Source: Chiloscyllium plagiosum (Eukaryota). From it: a stretch of DNA of 20,000 nt. The stretch is from the NCBI RefSeq assembly GCF_004010195.1, contig NC_057758.1, forward strand, positions 2,792,644 through 2,812,643, read 5' to 3'. The notes under the pieces are model-generated. The model did no database searches and had not been told where the DNA came from. It worked only from the letters and a program-made list of their open reading frames with translations. Made by a program: the position numbers and the translations under genes. Of this stretch, positions 10,793 to 20,000 are shown one piece after another; position 1 is the stretch's first letter; each line of letters opens with the position of its first letter.

Positions 10793-11029
10793 GGAAAAAG
10801 ACTGACAGATGAAATGGGATGGAGCGGTTAACGTGTGAATAGAGTTTGGCTAAGCTCATGGTGTTTTATTTGTACCAGATAGAGATGAATCCTATTTGAG
10901 GTTCATTTGATTATGAGAGTCACGGGCAGAGTAGGTACGATGTAACTGCTTCACTTAACCGATTGTCAAGAACAAAGATAGTAAAAACAAATAAAGTTTC
11001 ATTTTGTGGTTATGGGCAGGGTAATATAC

Positions 11030-11245
11030 GGGACTGAGGGAATACGTTTTAACTCAGAGAATGATAGGGTTCCGGAATGCTCTGCCCAGGAGGGCAAGCT
11101 GAGGCGGGAAGACCACAACTATTTAAAAAAAAATTGCAGGATATAGGCTTGGTATGGCAAAGTGTGCTCATGTGGTTTTAGTACATGTTTGGCAGTAGAG
11201 ACCTGAAGGGCTGAAGGGTGTTTTTGGTGGTCTGTTATTCCATAA
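11030..11245 (+). mobile_element. Old CR1/L2-type LINE 3' fragment
   Basis: TQR-IGFRNALP-like relic (ACTCAGAGAATGATAGGGTTCCGGAATGCTCTGCCC) and a GGGCTGAAGGG tail. Confidence 0.65.
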
Positions 11246-11309
11246 ATTCATAGGTCTGTCTGAGGAATCAAAAATCACATTGGATCCAATCTCTCTACAA
11301 AAAATGAGA

Positions 11310-11890
11310 ATTTTAGAAGTGTTACAGTGCACAAGGAAGCAATTTCAGCCAGTGTTTATGTACTGGCTCCTAAAAGGGGTACACAGCTTGTACAATACTG
11401 CAGCCGCCTCTCTGTCATCCTCTCCATTCATCACTTCCAAATATACATGCAACTCTCTTCTGAAATCTCCTCCACCTCCACTGCCCTCCCAGGAATTGCA
11501 TTCCAATTCCTAACAACTCTGAGTAATAGCACCTAATGGTACAACAACAGGGCAGTACAAAAGCACAGGGACCTGGAAATTTATGTGAATATTTTCGAAT
11601 GGTGGCACAACAGTTTGAATGATTTGTTAAGAAGCACATGCAAATCCTAGCAACTCTTGGCCTAAAGAGATTTATCCTTATCTCATTCCCACCTCTCTTG
11701 TTGACAAGCTTGGAATTATAATCCTATTTACTGACCTATCAACAGGTTGAAACTAAATATTCTTCTTTATCCCGCCAAAATTATTCATAATTTTCGACAC
11801 CTCAATGAAGTTACCTCTTCTCTGCAACGAGGCGAACAAGCCGAATTTCTCTAGTCTTTCCTTATGGCTAAAATCCCGCATCCTTGGTGG
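11310..11890 (-). mobile_element. Old CR1-type LINE 3' fragment with an internal oppositely oriented piece
   Basis: MRDFSHKERLEKFGLFASLQRRGNFIEVSKIMN relic, WNA-like GGAATGCAATTCC, and a 3' UTR-like end near 11310. Confidence 0.7.
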
Positions 11891-12250
11891 ACCGTACACA
11901 CTGCCGCTACTGTGCACCAGCGGAGGAGTGGGTGAAGGACTGCAGATGTCTTGCCAATTAAGTGGGCTATCTTTCCAGAAATAGACCATTGGCGGAGTTA
12001 CACCAACTCAGGCAATTCGGATGCTTTCCACTGTAATCCTGAGTTGCACCTTGTAAAGAGTGAATGGCGTCTGGGGAGTCAGATGTTGACGTTCTCGTAC
12101 AAGTCTTCCAAGCCTCTGAACTGCTTTTGCACTTTTGTATTTATGTGGTAATATTTGTCTTGCATTCAGTTTCAGATCAAGAGTAAAGTAGAGAATATTA
12201 ATCGGGCGTGTTCAGAAGCAGAGAGAAGCTCCCTGTCTTTAAAATGTTGG
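11891..12250 (-). mobile_element. Highly degraded LINE RT C-terminal fragment (CR1/L2 group, second family)
   Basis: The - strand has CTGACTCCCCAGACGCCATTCACTCTTTACAAGGTGCAACTCAGGAT (LTPQ...LYKVQLR) and TTGATCTGAAACTGAA (D.KLN), resembling LINE RT C-termini. Confidence 0.55.
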
Positions 12251-14300
12251 ATTTGGTCTTTCTTGACGACATGTTGCAGAACAACCCTGCTGGTAGATGT
12301 GTTCCAGGAATTATATTCATTGATTACTGGAGAGTGGTTATAGGATGTCACATCAGAAAAATATGGTGTTTGATGTAACCTTGCCATCATTAGCGTTCAC
12401 TGATATATTTCCCCTTCTCATTTAAGTGGTTTCAAAAACCTGATTCTCCGTAAACATTAGTTCCCTTCTGTCAGGATATTCTGTACACTTCAGACAATAG
12501 TGCAATGGTGTTGTGGATGGGGTACTGGTGTGGCGACCTAAGACTAAAGTTGACAATATGTTCGCTTGGTTTTTTTGCAAATAACACAAGATGGCTGAAA
12601 GGGTCTGTCAGTTACATACAGCAAATGCGCATAGCTAAACTTGCTATCTTCATATAGATATATTCCATAAGATGAGATTCTCCAGATGAAGCATTATGAT
12701 GGAGGTCAAACAGCTCTCCGCAAACAGGCAATTGTCAGTATATAAGCATTTTGAAAAGGGGCGTTTTTGTAAGGCATAGTTTAACCGTGGTCCAAACTTT
12801 GATATTTACTGCAAGGTAGAAAGAACGGTTTGATGCTGCCTTGTTCAGAACTGTTGTGATAATTGAAGAATTACGAAGGCAACAATCAAGCTAAAAGTTA
12901 ATTGTATTCCTTAAGGAAACGTTTGTCATCAATACAAAATCCTAATGCACTGTTCGGAAAGGTAAAATACTGAATACGACATCAAAAAGTAACAAACGCA
13001 CAGAAAGTGGGTGTGGGATGGGCAAGGCAACAGAAGTCACGATTAGGGAAAGATTAGCAATTGGAACCTAAGTTCAGATTTTGATAATTCGAACAAATTC
13101 GTACATCCAAAGATTAAGGCACATTAAAATTAAAAGTACAAAATAAAAAATGGCTGTGCTTTAGTTATTTGTGGAATCTTAACGAGTTTCATTTAATGGC
13201 TTGAGAAAGTTGTAAAGTGGTTGAATTTCACTCTTTTGCGTGTAATTCGAACCAATGTCCTTATTCAGAAAAGAGAGTTAGTAATAGAACGTGTTTAGAG
13301 TGGGAACAGCAAAGGTTTATTTTCAAATGAAACTTCAGTTTAAAATCCAATTACAGGAAGTAAGTAGCATAAACAAAGTTGTAAGTCAGACAGTCTTGCT
13401 TTTTTGCCTTAGGCTGAAGTGAGAGAGTTACTGTTCTCCAATTGTCAGCTGTTGATTATATCAGTGTTGATCTTATCACATTTATAGCAATTGATATAAA
13501 TTAATGTCCTTTCTAATCTACCATTCTCAAGTTAGTACAAAACTTGTAATAGTCCTTCGTGAGGTTTTTCATCAATAAAGTGTTGCAACTGACAAACATC
13601 TCGGAAGGACTAAAACTGAAAGAAACTTTGTAAGACCGCAAACACACATGATGGAGATATCTTGCAAACATTCTGAGATTGCAGGAGGAACTTAGGCTAT
13701 CTATAGAGTTGTCCATCATCGATTGCGTTTCTTTTTAATTGTTTATTTATGTTCGGGGTATATGCCTAACAATGACATCGATGTTGCATGCAATTACTGT
13801 AACACGAACGGAAGTAAAATTTTGCATTTCCCTGGGGAATCCAAAGCATGCACTGAGCTGTCAAAAGAGGGAATTTCTACTCCAACCCAAAGGTGGATAC
13901 GGGGTAATCTCTGGTCTCTCACACATATGTGAAACATAGCTCTGAAGGAGCGAAGGAGCGCAGGACTTCAGATTCCCCTATGACATTTCTCCCTGCAACA
14001 GATCTTCTTGCTATTTTGAGCTTCCCGAGTGTTATTAAAAATGCACTTGTCCCCGCAATGAGTGAGGCACCTTGGAGTGAGTGGTCGGACGTCAGGCAAT
14101 CGGGGGTGCGTCACATTTTGATAGAATGCATGGGACTCTTGATAACATTGCAACCAAAATATAAATAATATTGACTCAGTTAAGTGCCTGATCAATTGTA
14201 ACTCCTGGGATTTTCTCAACAGCTATTGACTCATAGAAATTCAATTGAGAGGCTTGGGGAGACGCTTGAAGTACCTACTGGAAATGTTTTATTTTTAAGA

Positions 14301-15229
14301 TCAAGTTAGACTCAGTCCAATCTTTTTCTGTGTTTTTTGAAGCTCATCACCACATCGAGCATATTGCATCATAAGAGTGAAAGGATATTTCAGCATCTGT
14401 TTAAACTGGTTTCGGAACATAGTCTGTGTCACAGCATAAATAAGAGTGTTTGTGCAGCAACTCAAGAGCTGCAGCATGAAACCCATTTCTTGTACAAGGT
14501 TAGACATTCAAAATGATACATCGCTGAATAAATACTTTCGCTCCCATACAGAATAGACCATTAACATTGTCCACAACAACATAAAATTAGCCGACAGTAC
14601 AAATAGTAAAATGATGGATTTCCTTCGACTCTCCACTTCTGGATCTTTGGAATTCTTCTCACTTCTGTGGGCCCAAAGTCTTCTGCGGGCTCTACTGGTT
14701 ATTAAAATGTGTCTGACAGTTAAAATATTCAGAAATAGGATCAAGACAAATGGAACACATGTGATCAGAATGTAATGTAGAAAATCAATTCTTGTCCAGA
14801 GCAATGTCACCTGCTTCTAGAGAACAAAACCAGCGAGCCCTCTGAAGAATATACATGAAGTACCAGAAAATATTCTTTAAGCAGCTAAGTGCAGTTACTG
14901 TTCCCAGAACCACAGCTGCTGTTTCGTCATTGCAATAGTCATGTTTTTGTTTCTGGCAACAAATCGCCACAAATCGATCAAAGGTGAATGTGACGGTGAA
15001 CCTGACAGAACAGTCAGTAGCTGCATAAAGCAGGATGGCGTGGATATTACACACAGGAAAGGAATACAATAAATAAAACTGCTCCCATTAAACAATCGGA
15101 ATGAATCTCAATATGACGTCGAGCACAATGACCATTAGATTGCCACTGCCATGGTCTCCAGATAACGACTGATGGAGCCAGAGAGACCACATGATCTGCG
15201 AAAAAGGATGAGGATCGCTATGATATTAG
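14301..15229 (-). pseudogene. GPR139/GPR142-like GPCR pseudogene (exon 2 equivalent)
   Basis: Acceptor tcacAG|CTAATATC at 15231-15230, same phase-1 site as gene 1. Motifs: (A)NIIAILILFRRSCGLS, YAATDCSV, FTFDRFVAICCQK, DPEVESRRKSIILLF, CTNTLIYAVTQTMFR. Lesions: 1-nt deletion at ~15140, TAA at 15088-15090, frameshift at ~14810-14850, in-frame TGA at 14508-14510. Confidence 0.9.
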
Positions 15230-15337
15230 CTGTGAGGGTGAGAGGTACATGTTTAATCTAGTGACCTGTTGAATTTAAACATGACAACCAATTCTGCATT
15301 GCAACGAATAGAAATATTGGCCCATCATGCAGATGAA

Positions 15338-15600
15338 GGGCGGCATAGTGAATCAGTGGCAATCAGTGCTGTCTCACAGCATCACGGATCGGGATTTGAT
15401 TTCAATCTCGGGTGAGATTCTGTTTGGAATTTTCACGGCTCTACAGGGGTTTCATCCCACATTACAACAATGTGCAGCACAGATGACGTGGCCATTAGTG
15501 ATGTAGATTAACAAGGGTAGAGATTGGATCTTAGTGGGATACTGTTCATTGAATTGTTGTTGGGCTGAATGGCCTGTTCCTACGTTGTAGACATTCTAAG
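15338..15600 (+). mobile_element. Old, degraded HE1-like SINE
   Basis: GGGCGGCATAGTG...CAGTGG, CTGTCTCACAGC, a decayed B box, and the tail GGGCTGAATGGCCTGTTCCTAC. Confidence 0.75.
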
Positions 15601-16223
15601 AAAGTTCTAGTTTATACAGTCGTCATTAAATGTCTGTTACCTTATTCACAAAACTACAACTGAGAAAGTTTGTCATCTCTATGCCCTCTACAATGATTTG
15701 TCGACGTGTTCTCAAACTTGCGTCATTTTCGCACTCTTCCCAGAAATCGACAATTCACTGAGTATTCAGTTGTCTCTCTGTGTTCTCGAAGCATTGTCTT
15801 TAAACACTTAATTATTATAATGAACTAGAGCAAAGAAGACACCGAGAAATGAGGTTATTGATCGAATAGGAAAATGGATAGAACAATTTACAAGTGGCAG
15901 TGGGTTCCTGTTGTGAGATTAGTATTGACTTATAATCATTTCCAGATTCCTACTCCTTATGATGGCACTTTCAATAAAGTTTTTCAGCAGTCATCAATTC
16001 ATCTGTTATTCTAGTCTCTGTTTTGAGATTCTGAGCTTTAAGGTCTTGTGGGGGTCTCCTTACCTCACAATCAGCGTTCAAATTCTGCGATGTATGCACT
16101 CTCCATGGTTTGATGTTATATCAGCCATTTCTTGATAAAACACAAAACGAGCGCCTCTCAACGGTATTAAGAGTTTTTGTTTTGTTTGGGGAAAGAAGGA
16201 CTGACCTGACAATCTGACAATTG

Positions 16224-16427
16224 TCATAGCATTAGAATGGTGCTATACAGAAAGAGACCCATCACTCTAACACGTCTTTGTGGACCGGATAACATAAATT
16301 AATCTAGTCCCATTTGCCAGCAATTGGCCCAAACACTTTCAAAACTTTCCTATTTTTGAAGCCATGCAGATGCATTTCAAATATTGCAATTGTACCAATC
16401 TCCAGCACGTCATCTGCAAGCCAATTC
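16224..16427 (-). mobile_element. Old CR1-type LINE 3' fragment
   Basis: TAATCTAGTCCCATTTGCCAGCAATTGGCCC and TTGTACCAATCTCCAGCAC are typical of the reverse strand of CR1 3' ends. Confidence 0.65.
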
Positions 16428-16550
16428 TCAACCTGCCCTCTCCAACCCCTTTATCTGTACCTCCCCGAACACCCACCCCAAGCGTTGAAGAAAGATGATA
16501 CATGAAACGTCGATTTCTCCATCTGCTGATATTGCCTAGCTTGCCGTGTT
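16428..16550 (+). mobile_element. Penelope-like 3' terminal fragment with a decayed hammerhead-like core
   Basis: CCCCTTTATCTG...TTGAAGAAAG...GAAACGTCGATTTCTCC...CTGAT...TGCCGTGTTC matches the layout of Penelope terminal repeats (CTGANGA...GAAAC). Confidence 0.55.
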
Positions 16551-17395
16551 CCTTCTTCAGGAATGAGGAAAGTTTGTCCAGCAGGCTAAGATAAAAGGTA
16601 GGGAGGAGGGACTTGGGGGAGGGGCGTCGGAAATGCGATAGGTAGAAAGAGGTCAAGGTGAGGGTGATAGGTCAGACTGGGGTGGGGGCGGAGAGGTCAG
16701 GAAGAAAATTGCAGGTTAGGAAGGCGGTGCTGAGTTCGATGGATTTGACTGAGACAAGGTGGGGGGAGGGGAAATGAGGAAACTGGTGAAATCCGAGTTC
16801 ATCCCTTGTGGTTGGAGGGTTCCTAGGCGGAAGATGAGGTGCTCTTCCTCCAACCGTCGTATTGTTGTGGTCTGGCGATGGAGGAGTCCAAAGACCTGCA
16901 CATCCTTGGTGGAGTGGGAGGGGGGGTTGAAGTGTTGAGCCACAGGGTGGTTGGGTTAGTTGGTCCGTGTGTCCCAGAGGTGTTCTCTGAAATGCTCCGC
17001 AAGTAGGCGGCCTGTCTCCCCAATATAGAGGAGGCCACATCGGGTGCAGAGGATGCAATAGATGATGTGTGTGGAGGTGCAGGTGAATCTGTGGTGGATA
17101 TGGAAGTTTCCTATGGGGCCTTGGAGGGAGGTGAGGGGGGAGGTGTGGGCACAAGTCTTGCACCTCCGGCGGTTGCAGGGGAAGGTGCTGGGAGTGGAGG
17201 TTGGGTTGGTGGTGGTTGTGGATCTGACGAGGGAATCACGGAGGGAGTGGTCTTTACGGAATGTTGATAGGGGAGGGGAGGGAAATATATCCTTGGTGGT
17301 GGGGTCCGTTTGGAGGTGGTGGAAATGACGGCGGATGATGCGCTGTACATGGAGATTGGTGGGGTGGTAGGTGAGGACCAGTGGGGTTCTGTCCT
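16551..17395 (-). mobile_element. Young Penelope-like element: GIY-YIG endonuclease and 3' UTR
   Basis: DRTPLVLTYHPTNL...CNRRRCKTC...HIIYCILCTRCGLLYIGETGRLLAEHFREH. After a single in-frame TAA at 16956-16958 the same frame continues AQHFN...EEEHLIFRLGTLQPQGMN. Confidence 0.95.
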
Positions 17396-17606
17396 CCCAC
17401 CCTGCCCCTTGTAAAAACGCCATCCCATTCTCCCAATTCCTTCGTTTCCGCCGCATCTGCTCCCAGGAGGACCAGTTCCAAAAACGTACAACCCAGATGG
17501 CCTCCTTCTTCAAGGACCGCAATTTCCCCCCCGACGTGGTCGACGATGCCCTCCACCCCATCTCTTCCACTTCCCGCTCCTCCGCCCTTGAGCCCCGCCC
17601 CTCCAA
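17392..17606 (+). mobile_element. Inverted 5' segment of the same Penelope element (RT thumb/linker)
   Basis: The + strand encodes SSHPAPCKNAIPFSQFLRFRRICSQEDQF...SSALEPRPS, the region that normally lies directly upstream of DRTPLVLTY (same order seen in the old copy at 5490-5740). Confidence 0.9.
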
Positions 17607-17823
17607 AAAAAACCTCTACATAGATTAATGGTGACCTCGGTTCGGTGCGTTTATAACAAAAACAGTGCGAAAGTTGAACTCTCACTAAACAGGATGGATG
17701 TAAAATATTCGACTTGAAAGGCAGCAGAAATCCTGGATAAATCAGTGAATTCCCAAGCAACTATCTATTCAATTGTGTGCACACTTCCAGTGTCTACAGA
17801 ATTTCATCTGGACATACTGCTAT

Positions 17824-17968
17824 CCTCCCAAAGTCCAGAAATGAGCAGGTTAGACGGAGTAGCCGTGGAAAATGGCTTGATAGGGAGGAGGGGTGTTCTG
17901 CACTTCACAGGGTTGGCGCAGACTCAGTGAGCTGAATACCCACTTTCTACACTCTCAGTATCCTATGT
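17824..17968 (+). mobile_element. Degraded SINE 3' half (HE1-like)
   Basis: CCTCCCAAAGTCCAGAAATGAGCAGGTTAG matches the SINE core at 4621-4650, followed by a GTGAGCTGAAT...TTTCTACACT tail. Confidence 0.6.
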
Positions 17969-18332
17969 GAGCCTACTGTAACAAAAACAATGTAATGAAA
18001 CGGCAAATAAAACTCTCATATTTACATTTAAATCAATACTTTATGTTCGTGAAAAATGCCCTGATAAGTCCGAGGCAAAAGTCTTCAAAATCAAATGTCC
18101 TTTATTTCAACAACAATCCTGATTAGACTGGGCAGCAGGTTAATACATAGCAAATACTGCAGCGACCAGGAGTCAAATGAGAAGTAAAGAAAATAAGTGG
18201 AATAAACTCATAATGGTGAGTATTTAGTTTTTAATACCTGGGCCAGTGTTATTGAGAATAGAAACTCTACTAAGACTACATTGCGGCCAAAATGTACTAT
18301 TCTCCCTCACCTTCATCAGATTTCTTTCTTTA

Positions 18333-18600
18333 AACCATAAGAAGTAGGAGCAGAATAACACAACTTAGTTTATCTAGACTGTTCCACCTTCCAGTGAGAT
18401 AGTGGTTGATTTGATCATACTCGAACACGCATCCTTCTGTCTCCCACAAGCCTCGATAACATACATGATGACTCATTTGCAACAGCCTTCTACATTGAAG
18501 AATTCTACAGCCTCACTGACCTTTGAGAGACAATTCCTCGTTATCGCTGCCTCTAATGGGAGACACATTATAGTGAGATTGTGCTCAACAGTTCCAAATA
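18333..18600 (-). mobile_element. Old CR1/L2-type LINE 3' fragment
   Basis: ACCATAAGAAGTAGGAGCAGAA tail start and AGAATTCTACAGCCTCACTGACCTTTGAGAG (reverse of the SQR-V-LWNS motif). Confidence 0.6.
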
Positions 18601-19684
18601 CTCTTCACATGCACTTTGTCTGTAAAACTAAGAATCTTGGAAGATTAAATAAAGTCACATTACAACGAGCAGAAGACTCTGCGATGAGGAAATCTCTTTG
18701 AGATACTGAGAATCTTGAGAAGATATTTTTCTGTGGTGAGACTGATATTGACGCTGGGTTCTTCAAGTTTGTGTGAAGAGACGAAACAAGCTTCAAATAA
18801 TAATAAAAATGCAGACGTGATAATTACAACAAGTTATCAAAAAGAGTACTGTCAGGATCTGGAGCTTCCTCCATGAAATTGTAGTAGCCACGATCTTAAC
18901 CAAGACTCAGTTCTTCAGATGGAAAAGAAGATAGAATAGAAACATTTTTGAGCAATAGAAAAGGAGTGGGAATGGCGATAGGAATATTTCATATATTCAT
19001 CAGTTGCTTGGTGAGCTGGATGGCCGAGGCTGGATGGTCTGATGTGATTCTGTGAGCAAAAGAAAGCGTGTATGTGACTGAGAAACCGAATGACGTGACA
19101 GAATGTATAGAAATAGAGAGGCTCTGCCAGAAGCAAGAAAACAGGTATATCGAATTGAAAACGCGAGACTAACAGCACTTTGTGAAAAAGACAGGATCCT
19201 GGGGTTGAGTGGGATCTGAAATAATTGAGGGAGTCGAACACAGTGATGATCATTTTTATTTCCAAACCTCGCCCAAATGGGACTATTTGATCGATGTGAG
19301 CACAGGCGTCATATAAACTTGGTGTCAGTTAATTAGTGACTGACCAGCATCGGGTGATTTGCAGTTAAAGGAAGCTTATATCTTTGGAGTCCGATTGGGA
19401 GAAGAATCGATCACCAGAGTGATCACCCAACGGATGAGATTTGATTTTGCAATGGTTTCAGGCGGATTGGAGATGGACTCAGTGATGGAGATGGTTGGAC
19501 GCAGTTAGTTTAATTTATGGACTGGACTTCCTGACTTAATATGGTCGTACACAGCTCAGGCTGATGGTGTCATTGCATATTGCTGGGTGTGATGATGAGT
19601 GAAGAGACTGACCTCGGTTTCCAAAGGTTTGCCGAAGAAGTCGAGCAGCACACTGATGCATTTTTTTTTCCACTTTGAACATAA

Positions 19685-20000
19685 CCCTATGAGGTGAGGC
19701 CATACTGGATTTGGTTCTGGGTAATGAACCAGGCCAGGTGTTAGAATTCGAGGTAGGTGAGCACTTTGGGGACAGTGACCACAATTCGGTGACTTTTACT
19801 CTAGTGATGGAGAGGGATAAGTGTGCACGACAGGGCAAGAGTTATAGCTGGGGGCAGGGAAATTAGGATGCGTGGCTTGGAAAAGTAGGCTTCAAGGCAA
19901 GGGGGCAATTGATATGTGGAGCTGTTCAAGGAGCAACTATTGAGTGTCCTTGATAAGTATGTACCTGTCAGGCAGGGAGGAAAGCGTCGTGTGAGGGAGC
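19685..20000 (+). mobile_element. CR1-type LINE ORF2 fragment (APE endonuclease C-terminus), running off the window
   Basis: Encodes GEAILDLVLGNEPGQVLEFEVGEHFGDSDHNSVTFTLVMERDK, containing the LD and SDH motifs of APE endonucleases. Confidence 0.9.

Noticed and set aside
13775..13793. Two abutting 10-bp palindromes (ACATCGATGT, TTGCATGCAA)
   Set aside because: Short palindromes are expected by chance in 20 kb, and there is no supporting context.
15338..15600. SINE about 105 nt from the acceptor in both GPCR introns, suggesting a shared ancestral insertion
   Set aside because: Opposite orientations relative to the genes and very different decay indicate independent insertions.
16038..16110. 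Strong donor GAG|GTAAGG on - with an upstream ATG
   Set aside because: The frame from the ATG stops after 11 codons and does not encode TM1. At most a non-coding exon, with no evidence.
16956..17606. 216-aa ORF as a novel GIY-YIG fusion protein
   Set aside because: Its N-terminal third is the antisense of the inverted Penelope segment, and the nuclease is cut by a premature stop.
17670..17775. Possible decayed exon 1 of the pseudogene (- strand WEFTDLSRISAAFQVEYFTSILF then GTGAGA)
   Set aside because: Only vague resemblance: no start codon, an upstream stop, and no YP...VP motif. It cannot be supported without an alignment.
18915..19265. 116-aa hydrophobic ORF on the - strand
   Set aside because: Non-ATG start, no recognisable motif, and no splice donor linking it to the GPCR.

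Overview
Eukaryotic, repeat-rich vertebrate DNA. The HE1-type tRNA-derived SINEs, CR1-type LINEs and Penelope-like elements point to a cartilaginous fish (shark); this is inferred from repeat families recognised from memory. The window holds two same-strand (-) members of a GPR139/GPR142-like class A orphan GPCR family about 13 kb apart. One is an intact two-exon gene, join(complement 1800..1869, 116..1005), 319 aa, with a phase-1 GT-AG intron inside TM1. The other is a strongly diverged paralog (about 14301..15229) disabled by two frameshifts and two in-frame stops. The rest is nested transposon debris: an old Penelope (RT + GIY-YIG) interrupted by a SINE, a probable solo LTR and a CR1; a young Penelope with a 5' inversion; several CR1/L2 fragments; two ~150-160 bp tandem duplications; and a 695-N gap flanked by near-duplicate sequence. 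The best candidate for an under-described system is the GPR139-like tandem receptor cluster showing birth-and-death evolution.
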